DNA of 64,000 bases from positions 34,598,001 to 34,662,000 of the forward strand of contig NC_087245.1 of the NCBI RefSeq assembly GCF_037042905.1, written 5' to 3'. Both the position numbers and the translations under genes were made by a program. The notes below the pieces were generated by a model, which had not been told where the DNA came from, ran no database searches, and saw nothing but the letters and a program-made list of their open reading frames with translations. Source of the DNA: Lytechinus pictus (Eukaryota). This document shows, one piece after another, positions 1 to 14,800 of the stretch; position 1 is the stretch's first letter; every line of letters starts with the position of its first letter.

Positions 1-54
1 GAGAGTTGCAAATGCCGTACATTATTTCCATTGAAAATATGCCTTCTAACCTCT

Positions 55-190
55 TGGTCCAGTTTCACAAAGATTTACAATTATAGTAAATTTGACACTA
101 TTGTAATTACTTTGTACCATGGAAACCTAGATGTTGATTGGCTACTGAATCATGTGACCATCAACACAAGTTCTTTGTGAAAATGACCCC
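55..190. mobile_element. Short MITE (degenerate), X-box/CCAAT-bearing
   Basis: Imperfect TIRs ggtccagtttcacaaaga / tctttgtgaaaatgacccc; internal gtaccatggaaac and gattgg. Confidence 0.5.
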
Positions 191-1220
191 TGTGGTTCTA
201 CAATGCTCTTTAGATTTGTACTTGACCACAATTGCTCTGTTTATCTGCAAATAAAATCACCTATAAATACTGAGCAATGTGTCTTTGCATGTGAGTTATC
301 CATATTGTATTTTGGGAGTTTTGCAAATATTTCAGTTCACTTTACATTATGACTCCTTTTTTCGGATAGGATGCAATTATTTTTAATTCTCTTAGTATTC
401 ATGAATCCCAAATGCCACTTCTAGATTTTTAATATGAATTAAATATTTTGCTAGTATTCTCTTTTATTGATAATATTATCTGATTTTAGCACTACTGCTA
501 GTATAACCATGTCTAGTTGAAATAATAATGAGTTATTTTCTTTCAGGAGTTTTCATACGTATGACTACACAGTATTGGAACCTTTTTCTTTATGAGGTGG
601 ATTTCTATTTTCAATTGCATGTATTTACCATATTACTGTTTTCTTGGGGCAATTGTCACTTTGTTTTGTTCATGAACTAAATAATGAAACTGCAATGGAC
701 TCACAAAATTAAGTTCACATGAATTTCCCATCTTGATGCAAAAGTGTGAAGGATATGTAATAAAAATATATGCATAATTGAAATTTAGATGTCTTCGACC
801 AAATAGCAGAGTTTTTCTCTGCGGTGTGTATGGAGGGTTCGAGAACGCAGAAAATGTATCGAAAATTCCCGCCAAATGACAACAACAAAAACCAGCTGGA
901 AGGCCGTTGTAGAAAATTGGTGACCTGGAACAGCATTATGTCCTAAGTTTCGGAGCTGACGACTGATTGCAAACATTTCGTTTGTCTAGAGTCAAGGATA
1001 AAACTGCTGTTTTGATTCACCGATTTTCAACAAAGACTTTTTGGATGTTCTTAGTCATGAACAGCATTTGACAATACGTTTTCTCTGTTTTCTCTTGAAC
1101 ACTTGGTACATCATAGAGCGAAAACTCCCCAGTGCCTGGTATGAAACCATCCTTGTTCTGTTTCCATATGCTTACAGTAGCTAATACCTGATGGCCTAAT
1201 AGTGTAAATGATGGTATTAA

Positions 1221-1823
1221 AGGGATGGTCTAGGCTGGAAATATTTATATCTCAATAAATAGAGTAAAATTCACAGAGCAAAATGCTGAAAATTTCATCA
1301 AAATCGGGTCACATATAACAAGGTTATTGGATTTTAAAGATTTGCATTATTTCGGTGAAACAGTTCTAGGTATGTCTTTATGAATATTCATTAGGTGGGC
1401 TGATGATGTCATATCCCCTCTTGTTCTTTTGTATTTTATTATATGAAATTAGGTTTATTCAAAATGTTTATACCAAGAACTAAAACAATTGGATTGACAA
1501 CTGATTAAGTGCATTAGTTATTGATTGCCGCAACTTATTCCATCATAATGGATACACATCATTTACACATGTATGAAAAAATGAAACATTTATGATTTCA
1601 TGTGATAACATAACAAAAAGGAAAGTGGGGTTGTGACATCATCTGCCCACCTCATGAATATTCATGACGATGTGTATATAACTGTTTTCACAAAATATTG
1701 ATAAACTTTAAAATTCAATAACTTGGTTATTTGTTATCCGATTTTGATGAAATTTTCAGCATTTTGCTCTGTGAATTTACACTATTTATTTAGATATAAA
1801 AATTTTCAGCCCGGACCATCCCT
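1221..1823. mobile_element. Kolobok-like MITE family A, copy 1
   Basis: TTAA on both sides; TIRs agggatggtctaggctg / cagcccggaccatccct; long inverted arms; homologous to 24691 and 52548 (opposite orientation). TTAA TSD with purine start is the Kolobok signature. Confidence 0.85.
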
Positions 1824-2568
1824 TTAATGCTATTCTACGGTAGGAACTTACTTTCCTTTGCAAGATTCAGTATAACCATAATAATCAACCACTCTTACAT
1901 CGTGCCTATCACAAACATGGATTTGGGTGTGTAAGAAAGAAAACTGGCGCATAAATGAGCTCTTCAATGCATTTGAATGACTGCATCTATATTTTTCTCT
2001 CTCGAATCATTTGCGGTGTTTTCATTTGATCACTGCTACCTTTACATCTGTAGAATAAGTGATCAAGTACATCCCTAGCTACAGCTAATTCTTCATGAAA
2101 TTATTTCACGTCGCGAGAAAGTAGTCATCGTCACCATGCCTTGCTTTTGTATTATTTATTGTCTACAATCTGTACAGTTCAATCTCCTAACTTGATGTGT
2201 ATGTGTGTAATACCCTTGTATGTTGAAAGATATGATTGTGTGTACTGTGTAGGTTCTTATTCAAAATGTAATATTAAAAAATTGTTTTCTTTTGTTTTCT
2301 TTAATTTATCCATTGTAAATATATTGTCATTTATAAATAAATAAAAAATAATAAACTCTGAAATTTGACCTATCTATGATAGAGATTGAACTTTGAACTA
2401 AGGTTGTTATTAGAGTTTGATCAAATATAACTGTTCCACTTTGAATTTAGGTACAACATTGAAATGAGGTTGTTTTGATCTCTTACCTCGAGTAAAAGTT
2501 GAATTTTACCTACAGTGAAAAATTCAGCTTTGACGTAAAGAAGGATTGAAATTGCCAGAAGATAATAG

Positions 2569-2885
2569 ACCCATATTAATTTTAACTTCTGAACTCTGGT
2601 TTCATTTAAAGTCTAGTCTAATGTTATAGTTTAAGTATGGAAAGCCAATTGTGACACAATCTGTAACAATGCACATTCAATCTACCAGCTCATTTGACAC
2701 AAGTGGAATTAATAAGATAAAGTAGTTTTCCAGCACTATTAAAGCATTAGGGAAAGAGCATTATCATAAGTATGTATGTGTGGTAATTGATAGAAATTGT
2801 CATGTAAGCTTTATTTTCTAGTTCTAGTACTTTCTAGAGCCATACATCTTATTTACTATATTTAAAAACAGACCCTGAATACGAC
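2569..2885. mobile_element. Degenerate copy of MITE family K
   Basis: Visible similarity to 39940-40251 (ccatatt...ctgaactc...tatgga.agcca...ctcatttgacac). Confidence 0.45.
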
Positions 2886-4356
2886 ATTTCAAATGCAAGT
2901 ATATTCTGAGCTTTGAATTCCTCTTTTTTGAAGAAAAAAATATATCAGTCATAAAACAGTCATAAATGGCTTGCTGTATAAAAGTAACACATTGTAAGGT
3001 TGGCAATTCTGTACAGCACTATCTCTAAATGTTGCTTGGTATTTTAATGGATGTTAAGAGATCGCAAATGCATTGTATTACATCAATTTCTGATAACTTT
3101 GTAACCTCATTCACAACAATTCTTCATATTCTCTTTTGTTAATACATACAGATGAAACCTTCAGGTTTACAAATGATGCAATTAAAAAAAACCTTAGATA
3201 TATATATTTCATTCATATTATAATTTTTCAGTGTATTAAGATGATAGGTCCAATTTGAAAGTGTAATGTAGATATGTTAATATGTAAAAATAAATAATAC
3301 AAGAGTCAAAGAAAATAGAAATAGTATATTATGATTTTGAAGTGTGTTTGTTTTGTCTGTACAAGAGAGAGCAAGAGCATTGTTAAAAACACATAAGTAA
3401 TATTTGAAAAGAATGATACAGATAGAGATTATCAAATATGAATAGTTGAATAAGAAGTTAGGAGTATGCCTAAAGGCAGGCATAATCTCATATCAAATTA
3501 AACTGAAAAAGAGTTATGTTCATTTTGCAAACTAAAAAAAAAACTAATTGATATTTTGTTTTTTTGGCAGTGAAGTTTTATAATTTTTCACCCACCCCCC
3601 CCCCCCAAAAAAAAAGAACCCAAGAATGTTGAGATGTCAACCTGTGATGTTTTTCTCTTGTAAATGTGATGTTTCAAATTGAATTGAATATAAATTCATA
3701 TTTCTTTATTCATGTAGATTATTTACTTTGGACCATCTGATATCAATATTTCTCACACCGAATTTGAATAGGCATGCATGTCCAGGTCACCGTGTACCAT
3801 TTGCCAAACATTTCTGAAGCTCTGCCCCTCTTACATTTCTACTTACAGATGAATTTCTCCCTTTTTTCACTCGGGTTCATAAATGATGAAATTAAAGGTA
3901 CCAAACTCAAATTTATTTAATGTAAATGGAAAACCAATTGTTACATTCAACCTCGGTTTCAGTTTTATTTTTTCTCATTCCCAACAAAACAGTAGACAAA
4001 ATCCATAAAAAATACAGTTATAACATTGGAAATGTAATAAAGAAACTTAATATGGATCATTAAATATTTGTAGCCGAAAATAACATGCTGGAAATGGAGA
4101 GGTCCACTGTGAAACTGTGCTTGTAAATCGTGGACCCCTCAAATCAAATCAAATTATTCATTAATATTCAATTACATATTATTAGAATAATGATAGTGGC
4201 CAAAAGAGGGGAAGAAAAAGTGACATTAACAACAACATAATGCATGAAATGAGTAATGTACGAAGAATAACATATGCAAACGGAAGAAAGTGGTGATAAG
4301 GAGCTTCATTTAGAACCAGGTCTAGAATATTTGAAGTGGAGGGTGGGGTCAGATTG

Positions 4357-4510
4357 TGATGATGTTAGTAATGATGATGATGATGATGATGATGGTGATG
4401 GTGATGATGATGATGGTGATGATGAGGATGATGATGACGATGATGTTGATGATGATGATGATGATGAGGATGAGGATGAGGATGATGACGATTTTGATGA
4501 TATTGATGAG
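4357..4510. repeat. (GAT)n imperfect microsatellite
   Basis: Direct reading of gat/ggt/gag triplet run. Confidence 0.95.
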
Positions 4511-7489
4511 GAATTCCTCTCTATAGGATCCCCCAACACACACACTGCTGTTGGTCCTTACAGCGACCAATGGGGGAAGGGGGTAAAATTTGGATACAAT
4601 TTTTTCAGCCCCTCTTGGCAAAACCTGGATGCGCTCTACATAGCACCATCTCTTTATCGACAGGCGAATTTAGACATCTGCAAATTAGGGGACTGCAGCC
4701 ACTGATCAGCAGATCAGGGACTGCTGCACATGAACATTTCATTGAATTGCTGTAATCACCTTACTATATAGCATATGGGCCCGTGTCTGGATTTTGATCG
4801 TAAATAAAGCCAACATAAAAAAAAAACATAAAAATACTTTTTTTTTCATCACATTATTCATGGATGGTATGTGAAGAAAAACACGATGGGTATCTGAAAT
4901 GAATCAAACAAGTTGAAATCAACATTTTCCCCTCGTTTTCATACACCTGAATAAAAAGGAACCTTTGTAATGGGGCTTGCTTTATCTTTGTCAAATAAAA
5001 ATGAAAACCATGATTAAACAAAGTTGTAATATGTGCATTGTCTGTACATTATTATTTTGGGGGGCTGACAAATATTTTCAAGAACATTCCACCTCTATTT
5101 ACATGCAACTGAATTTGAATGAACTTGCCCCCCCCCCCCCCCCCCTTCGAAAACGCGAAAGCATTCAATACGTGCACAGCCTTTCCCCTGGCCCCAGATG
5201 GATGATTCCAGTAATTGTCATTGTGGTGAAATTTAAATGAAAAAGGCAAATAAACGAAACTCTTTGATACATTCGACAAAGAAGCGAATGAACCAATTGA
5301 TAACAAAACGAACAAGCAGAAATTCCCGCAGAAATTAGACTCGTTGTGCTCTGCATCATCGATGGAAGTGATTAGGGAAATAAAAACCAAAGTAAATAAA
5401 ATGGAACAGCGCCACCTTCAGGATGACGGCCAGATATTTTTCACTGTTTTGGAAAATAATAGTGTGTCTTGTGGAGGGGGTCAGAAAGAAAGTGCCCTTA
5501 GCACCGAGAGCACAAGAAAAGAAATATAATTTGATAATTATGAGAAAAAGTAAATGTAACTACATTACATTCTTGCAATTTCAGCACCCCATTCACAGGG
5601 CAAAAAACATAAAAATAAACATTTTAAGGGTTTATGCTTATTCTTTTTCTGTGTATTATTCTCTTTCACTTTGCTCCGTCTGGATTATTATCTATTTTTC
5701 GATTTTCTTGATTTCATGGCAGCCCGTAGAATGAATTTAATTTTCTTTTTTTTTAATACTTATTTTTGTAATTTATAAGTCAAAAAAAGAGAAAACATCT
5801 CCAATTATTTAATACGTTTCATTGTCACGCTTTTGTAAAAAAAAATATCATCATGTGAATGAAGGCACCTAAGCTATTGTCAACACGCTCAATGATTGAC
5901 AGACATAGAGATGGGGTGATAGTAAAAAGATTTGCAACTTTCGTGTATTTTTTAAGACAATGACTTCAGATGCACTGTTTTGGGGGCAATTTACTTCACA
6001 CCATTGCATTATTCTGTACGAAATATAAAGTGTGTTTGGGAAGTTCTCTCTCGATATTCACTTGAGTTCAATTTATATGTATTCATTTTCTCAGATAAAA
6101 AAAAGTATACAATATGTAGGACATATATTTAAAAAAAAGAAGAATTCACTGAAAGGTTGATCAAAATTTGTAAGGAGTAGTTTTGAATAAAGTAACACAA
6201 AATACATGAAAACGTCGCTTGTTGAAACATCTTACGAGGTTTTACAAGTTACACACAACATCAACAGTACTAGTAGCAAAAATATAACGGAAGAGTGGAA
6301 GAAACTAATAAACTGGTTAACATGGTGGTTGAAGGTTCTAAATATTGCAACAATAAATATTAATCAAGAAGATAATGCTTATGATGAACAGCAATTGCTG
6401 TTCTGTTCAGATATGGCATGCAAGAATGGAGTGGGTGAGGGCACTTTTATAAAAGTGCCCTCCCCCGCAAATATATTTGTAGGGGATTTGATATATTATA
6501 AAAACTGAATGCTGGCTACAAAAATCCAAATCAATAAGTTTATTGAAAAATATCAGAATATATAGTTTAGATGAATAAAATTACTCGTTTTATGTATGCC
6601 TTTGATAAAAGATGATGTTAAGGCCTAGTTTTTAACAAATCCACCATTGGCATAATTAGTAATTTTTTTTTTATAACAATCGACAGGGATTTGATGCTGC
6701 AACTTTTGCTCAAGACCTGCCACCATCAGACCAAACAATTAACAATCATTTTGTAAGAAGAAAGAGAGAAGAAAAAGAGGGGGAAATTTTGAGAGGAGGA
6801 AGAAACTAAACTAAATTAAAAACAAAGGGGGGGGGGAGAAGAAAAAAACTTACGCGATTCGAGTTTTCATTATTTGATTATCGAGATACGTACATCCTCT
6901 TCATGAAATTCCACAGTCAGTCCTTGAAATGTTCAATTTCATGTTAGAAGGCCTATATTAAATATTTTCACCTGCATTTGCAATATTTTTTTGGTTAGAT
7001 ATGCGTCGAGTTCATGAATACACAAGGTGCTTCATGTCTCGTTTTGGGGGTCTAAATCGCAAAAAGAATTCAGCTAGCGCTTTGTGCTCGTTTACTTAAT
7101 TCTTTATTGAAAAAAATGACACTGAAAACTGTAATTTCTCAGGTCAAAATATAGGGGAAATATCAGCACGCCCTCCACAATTTGCATTATTTCATTGGTG
7201 AGATGTGTATCCCTCTTCATGAGTTACTGCAAACAGTCCTAAACAGGCCCCGTTTCCCCCGTTTCAGCATTTTAAAATATTTATTTATTCAGACTTTACG
7301 TGATACTGTATCTTCTATTATAGTTGAAATATACATTTTCAAGTACACTTTGAAATAAGAATAGAGGATAAGTTATCTATATTTTGTTTTATTTTTCAGC
7401 AGGGGGTAACCGCTGTAGGCTAATCAAATGAAAATCCTTTCTAAATAAATAGTGATGTGAAATTAAATCGGGTGTTATTTTTTTCTCAT

Positions 7490-7988
7490 TCTACCGCCCC
7501 GCGGGTATCCCGCTCCACTTTCTTCCATGTTTCAGATGAAAAAAAAAACCCAACAACAAAAACAAGCCAAGAACCTAAGTGGAAAATGTAAATAGGTTGT
7601 CTGTTCTGTGTCACCAGTTCGATGGGTATTGAACCACGGGCATTCAACTTGTCAGACAACGTCCGCATGTGTACCACTGAACTTCAGTATACGCATGAGG
7701 AACCAGTACCTTGGGTCTATTACCCCACCGTGGATCGATGAATCTCGACTTGGGGTCAATTTGGGAGCGTCGAGCCGATCCGATGCTGTGTCTAGTCTAC
7801 AAGCATTGTGTACGTTGCATTCAATGCCCACGGTAGATTTGGATGGAGACTCAAAACAACATGGCGACTTACATGATGGATTCTGGAATGTCCACCGTAA
7901 TACATCTTTTTCAATGATAATCTTCGCAAGGAATAGCATAGAGGTGCCGTTTGAGTTACCGGCTAATGACTGAGGGCCGGTCAGAGTC
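7490..7988 (+). promoter_or_regulatory. Putative EXT1 proximal promoter / long 5' leader
   Basis: CpG-containing island starting with a GC box (CCGCCCC ~7494) after AT-rich DNA; many upstream ATGs. An acceptor-like ctttcttccatgtttcag ends at 7535, so an upstream non-coding exon is also possible. Confidence 0.5.
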
Positions 7989-8872
7989 ATGCAAGCCCGC
8001 AAACGATATATTTTAGTACTTTTCACAGGGTTGTTACTCCTGCTGCTATACTATGGGGGATTACACATGCTACACGGCCCGCAGAGGGAGCAAGCTACCC
8101 TGGCTGCCCGGCTGCGATCCATCGAGGACCGGTCGGAAACGAACTACGAGCGAGATGGTAAAACATCGAGCTTACATGACATTCCGGCACGGGGAAAAGA
8201 CAAGAAGTGTCGGATGGAGACATGTTTTGATTTTTCAAAATGTAAAGAAGGTTTTAAAGTGTTTATTTATCCAGTATCTTATCAAAAACCCAGCCAGTTG
8301 TACATGGACATTTTAACTTCCATCCGTGAGTCGAGATACTTCACTACCAATGCAGATGAAGCATGTCTGTTTGTGACTTCAATAGATACCTTAGACAGAG
8401 ATAAACTCTCATCTACATATGTTAAAAACATAGAGAGCAGTATATCAAAGTTGAGCCATTGGAATAATGGAAAAAACCACCTTATTTTTAACCTCTATTC
8501 AGGGACATGGCCTGACTACTCGGAAGATTTGGGGTTTAACATGGGAGATGCGATTTTGGCAAAAGCAAGTTTCTCCGAACAGTATTTCAGGCCTCGCTTT
8601 GACATCTCACTGCCGCTGTTTGCCAAAACACATCCCCAAAAAGGGGGCAGTTCAGGGGACTTGCAAGGAAACAATTTTCCAGTACAAAGAAAGTATTTAT
8701 TAGCATTTAAAGGAAAGCGTTATTTATTTGGGATCGGGTCAGACACTAGGAATGCCCTTTATCACTTGCATAATGGAGTGGATATAATACTTCTCACCAC
8801 ATGCAAACATGGAAAAAACTGGCAGAAGCATAAAGATGTACGCTGTGACCATGATAATACAGAGTTCGACAA
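7989..8872 (+). CDS. EXT1: EXT1 coding exon 1 (TM anchor, stem, N-part of GT47)
   Basis: ATG at 7989; donor GACAA|GTAAGT after 8872, phase 2. Confidence 0.96.
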
Positions 8873-11800
8873 GTAAGTATAAAAGTTTTCATTTTTAATG
8901 CATTTTTTACCTTAAAATTATGAGTCAAATACTTGAAAATATGTTTTTAAAATTTATCATTTTTTCTGCATGGTTTAATACTCTTTGTTCATTTCTACAT
9001 TTCCTGTAAAAAACTTTAGACTTTACTTAGCAGTTAGCTTAACACAGGTCTACAGTGTTATACTATAGAATTAAAAAAATCATGTAACATCTCTAGACAC
9101 TTTGATCATATTCAGTTCAGGTGTGTGGGAGATTAAAACTTCCTTTTTTTTGGGGGGGGGGGGTGGTTTAATTTTTTTCCAGCTCTTTTTGTGTTGACTT
9201 GGGTGAAAGGAAAAAAAATGAAGATGTGTATGTTTCTATCTTTCAATTTTTTTTAAATAATAATTTTTACCTCACTTCCCTCCCCCTTCTAAAACTTGGG
9301 GGTATATGATGTGACCTGTCCAACATTGTTGATGAAGCCTACTTTTAATGAAAGTGTAATAATTTGATATTGGTGATTGATGGTAATACATGTACATGTA
9401 CAAGGGGAACTACTACAGTGTAGAGAACTTTGCAATTATAAATTATGCTAACTCTTCAACTGGTACGATGGACATCAAATTTTCTTCTAAAAATCAAAAT
9501 AAAGAGAATTAGAAATTTTGAGCAAATTCAGCAACCTGGTCAGCTGGGCCTGATTCATGCTCTTACCTTACAAACCAACGTTTCTCCTGGGGAGTGTTTC
9601 ATGAAAGGACTTTTTATCTGACAAGTCTTGTTTTATCCGACAGTTACCATAGTAACATTGCTTATCAGCCAATCAAATTCAAGGAAAGATGTCAGATCTG
9701 ACAACATGTCGGACAAAAATGTTGATGAAACGCTCCCCAGATATCGCCTTTGGAAAAAGGCTCTTGCCTCCAGGGGGATCATTTAACTTTGCCATTACCG
9801 GTACACTGCTCAGCAGCCAGTCACTATCAAGGTTTCAGAGAAAATATTTGTTAATCGAAAGTTATATAAAATTAGCCTATGATCTTCAGGAAAGATGGTC
9901 TCGTCCCCAGGGAGTAGCAGAAGATACAAACATATTTTAATAGATATTTCCAAATTCGAGTCTCGGTCATGTCTTGCTTGAAATTGGTGTTCATTTTAGA
10001 TTTTCACTGCATATCCTTATTACCTAACTCTGCTGACATAAGAAAATTCATGATGTTTTGTTATCCATTTGTACATGTTTGTGTACTGTACATTAATAAT
10101 ACATGTACCGGTACATTACGTACATGTAAATGCACAAAGCTCGTTTTGATACAAACTTTCTGCATCGTTGCCTTTGTGTGTACATGTATATACATTGTAG
10201 CAAATGATATTTTATTTGCTTTTGTGTTTTATCGGCAAGATTGAAAGTTGAGACACAATGTACGGAACATGTGGCCACAGGTGTGTGCAACATGTCAATC
10301 TACATGGTGTACCCGAATTTTGTCGTTGTTCATGACTTTGTAGTATTGTTTCTTTTAGAACACTTTTCTTTTGTCATTTGTAGCTTTTCATGTACATAAG
10401 TTTTAACATACATTTATTGATTCAAATTGTATTTTTGTCTATTGTACATTTTCTCTGCTTTTATGTTTGAATAAACATCTTCGAGATAGGCTGCAGAGCT
10501 CTTTGAAGATTACAGCAGATGATGATGATGAAACAAAGGATTGTATGAATTAAAGTGAAAGATCTGTACATTTGCATACTATTAAAGAATAAGTATAGGT
10601 TCTTTGTGAGATGGTTTTGATTCTTCATTCTTGGACTGAAGTGTGAACATAAGTACATGTACTTTATCATGCCATGACTCATAAACATAAGTTTTGGTTT
10701 CAATATGTTAATCTCTATAGATCTACACCTGTATGTCTGATGTGATTAATTCAGGGGATATTCCAGGTGATATTCCCTCTGGAAATTTTTAAAATTTAAT
10801 TTTCTGTTTCTTTTTTCTCTAACGAGTGTTCTTTAGATAGTCGCATGCGAGAGAGGAAAACCAAGTCTAGACAAGTGTGTGATGGGAGAATCCCCGCTGT
10901 TAAGACAGTCTAGTGTGTTTGAGTATTGTACATTGTACATCAATGAGGCTTTGCAAGTGTACAATTCCCATGCTCATCACATATACATACATGTACATGT
11001 ACATGTAGATATTTGGACTTGGGTTGGAAACAAACATTGTGTTTTTTAATGATGTTTGTTGAACAAAGAATCTACATGGAGGAAGAGGGGAAGAATGCCT
11101 TTGAACTACAATGTACCAGTAGGCCTTCATGTACACTGCATGATGTACATGAACATGTGTAGGGCCTACATGTATTGTACATTCACTGAACTTAAGTATT
11201 AAAAAGTTTTTATTATTTCCATGTAGGGGACCTACATTATTAGAATGAGTGAAACAAAATGGATATTGTGTGAAGGAAAAAGAAGATATTTTTTTATTAA
11301 AGAAAAAAATGAAATGGGGTTTATTGGGGGCCCTTGGAGTACCTAATGTACATGTACACTTGTATCTACATGTGCATGTATGCTGTGATATACTGTACAA
11401 TTACTACAATATACATGTATCATGTGTATATATAGGCAAGTTGCTGTAAAATAAGAATTTTGAAAAAAAAACATGGTGGGCTGTACTTTGGCCTCTACAT
11501 GTATGTACACATATATACAGTATGTAAATAAGGACAGGATTTCTTTATAACACAACGCATGTATGTACATGTGCAACATGTGCACATAGAGTAGTATATT
11601 TTTCAAGCTCATCCTGTTCACATTGAACATGATCATCTCACATGATGCGTGGGAAATTAATAAGAGAGTAATCGATACTGATGGATGGAAAGAAAAAGAG
11701 AAGGAAAGACTAAAAGGAAGGTTATAGAAGATTGGCACTTGGTGACTCAGAATACCATCTCGAAGGAGTTCATGCAAATGATGCGACTCCATATTCCATT

Positions 11801-14800
11801 TTGATTTCCTAAATAGGTAGAGTGGTACTGGGGCATTTGAAGTGTGGGGTCAGTGTCGCAGGTGGACCATGCATCTCGAGGAGGCTGGTTTTGCTAGAGG
11901 GTGCAGGCAGGATAGGCTTGAATGCATGTACATGTACATGTAGCAAAGAGTGGAAGATATCAAAGTTTCAGGATGAGTGAATCATTTTTTTTTTCATAGA
12001 CAGATTCAGCTCTCTGAAGTGAAGAGCATTGTAGTTCATAAGATGCTGCTACATGTACTTGAAACGGACATCTTTATTGATCTTATCATATTCAATGACC
12101 AATGTGGCTGGCATTCATGAAGGCCTACAATACATGTATTGGGTGGTTTGAAGATTGGCATTGATCTTTTGATGTTGGAGTGAGGTTGATACCAAGGTTG
12201 ATTTTTACATTAAACATACATGTAGCACCAACTTTAAATGAAGCTGGCCCAGTGATGAGTCTTACCAGATGTTTACATGTAGCTACATTTTATCGATACA
12301 TGTAAATTTGTCTGCTTCCCGCAAGAAATATTAAAAGATTAAATCTCAGGTGATTCAATTAGTCCGAAAAAATTTAAAAGGCATAAAAAAAAATCATAAA
12401 AATTACCCTAAGTCCTTTCTTGCGGAAAGCCGACAAATTATTAAATATCAATTCAGATTAACTTTTGGAGCTGGGAAAGGCAATCAAAATTGTTTCCAAC
12501 ACCAACACCATCACCAATCAAAATGACCTTTTGTTTTACACTACATGTGTAAGTAATCAAGTGACTTAATTAGTTTTTTGCTGAACCAGTCTACCTTTTA
12601 TGGGCATCTTGCCTACAATGTGTATGTACATGTTGTACATAAGTACGTGTGCATGTATTGTACATTGTAGGCCTTCTGGCTACATTAATATATTCTTTTT
12701 GCCTCAACCCCCCATACATGTTAGTTTAATATACTTTTTTGTTATTTCATTTTCATTATTTTCTTGTACGTATATACATGTAATTGTCTGGTATTTTAGA
12801 TTTTTATTAATTAATTTACTTAATTAATTTATATGCATTTTCGGTTTATTTATTCATTCATTTATTTATGTATTTATTTTTGTTTGTTTACCGGTATTAT
12901 GTACAGTGTATATGTGTATTGGGGGTTTCCTGTTTACTACATTAAGTATTTGCTCACTTTTAAATAGGATAGCCCATTCATGTAAGTAAAACCTGTTGAA
13001 AATTACCCTGTTTTTCACACCAAGAGGTGAAAAACATGGTTACAGCCATATCATATTCAAGTGGCTTGTAAACCACACTTCAATTTGTTACTTCAGAGAT
13101 ACAAGTCCTACACTGTAGATACAAGCTAAAAATAATTGATGACAGCAGTGGCGTACCATGGGTCACGGCGTTTGGGGGGCACCAGCAAAATATTTTTTAT
13201 GAATTCATACAGAGCAATATTTCATCAAAGTCATCTACTGTGAGCGCCAAGCGCTTGCTGATTTTGATAAAATTAAACCCAAACACATGAAGCACCTATT
13301 AAGTCATTGTAATCATGATACTTATCTCACTAATCGAATATTGCGAGCGCGAAGTGCGAGCTGAAAATTTTTGAAAATGGGCATTGCCCTAATTGAAGGC
13401 CTAAGGCTCGTTCGAAGGAATTCACTAATAAAGGCCATACGTATTTCATTAACCCAATGATGCGAGCGCAAATTTTTTATCTTCAGACCAGAAAAGGGGA
13501 CATTTTAAGGACTGTTTTTAGGGATTCATGAAGAGCAAACATATCTCATATGAAATATGAATTGATATGAACCAATCCTGTTGAGGTCCTTACAGTAGTA
13601 GAGCCTACATTTGTATACATGTATGCCAGTACTTGCACATGTACCACTGAGGGAAGTATGCCTATCCATGCATGTACATACATGTACAGTGTCCTTCCAG
13701 AGTACTTTCAACAAGAGAGCTGCTTTAGGTTTAGTTGAAACTTTGGATTAACTTCAAGCTCCTTTTTTGGGAGGGACAATCGTCTGCTACAACTCAAGTG
13801 GAAATTTGTTATTGATTTTTCCCATGGATCAGAAGCCTGCGTGTCTATCTCTACTGCTGTACGCTTCACAGCACCTTGGTGAAGCAAAAGCGATTTTATT
13901 ATAGGCTTTTGTTGAGGAATCGTAAAGATTTGATATGATAAAGAATGTTGCTAAATAGCAATCTAAATAGTTCAGTGTACAAGCAGGCTGTTAAAAGTAA
14001 AATGGCTGTTGAATAGTACTCTTTACGCTCTCACAAGCTATTCAATTTTGTGTGTACTGTTTGTATGTTTTTTTTTATTTGGGGGGGGGGGGAGGGACAA
14101 TAAAAGAAATACAGGTGTAAAAAGCAAAATAAACAAAAAAAAATTATATCTGTTTTTTGGGACCAGTAAATTTTAATTTCCGACCAGTAAAAAATGGAAA
14201 AACTGGGTATCTACTGGTCCAACATGAACAGGTTGGAAAAGTAGAAAAACAAGGTTAGTGTAGAACTCTGACTTTGCACATATTATTGAGTACCATAGTA
14301 CTAGTGCATAAAAAGTATGTGCATAATATACATTTTTGTGTTCACACAAGCATGTAAATTTTGAAGAATTTACATTTACTAGTTGTCTTGCAGCCTGTGA
14401 TGACAAGGTAGCACCTGGAGTTTCACACCAATTCCGAGCATAGGCCTTCATACACTGTACATATATTATTGACATTAATGATCACCGGTTCAATTTTGGC
14501 AATTGTCAATGGAATACCAACCTGCGAGACATTCTGATTATTACTGTCAGTAATTTCATTACGGAAGAGACAAGGGCTTCTGGTGGTGTATGGAATTGAT
14601 TTTTCTTCTCATCTCGATCCCTTATGGCTCACCATATGACATACTCCCACCATGTCCCCAAGTCCCTCGTCATGTGTTGCTTGAGAACAGGGGAGCATTT
14701 CATGAAGGGACTTTGTCCGACAAGTTCTGTTTTATCCGACAATTACCATAGTAACAGTACCTCTCAGCCAATCAGAATCAAGGAAAGATGTCAGATCTGA

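Noticed and set aside
547..2354. Possible 3' end of an upstream plus-strand gene (acceptor-like site at 546, AATAAA cluster ~2336-2354)
   Set aside because: No coding exon identifiable; signals too common in AT-rich DNA to call.
4274..4705. 143-aa acidic poly-Asp ORF and its antisense poly-Ser/poly-Ile ORFs
   Set aside because: Open only because of a (GAT)n microsatellite; flanks have no recognisable domain or splice support.
7652..8026. 124-aa antisense ORF over the EXT1 leader
   Set aside because: No recognisable homology; expected in a GC-richer region; no independent support.
8873..8876. 295-aa ORF as a complete truncated EXT1
   Set aside because: The TAA is part of the GTAAGT donor; the frame continues in exon 2 at 39583.
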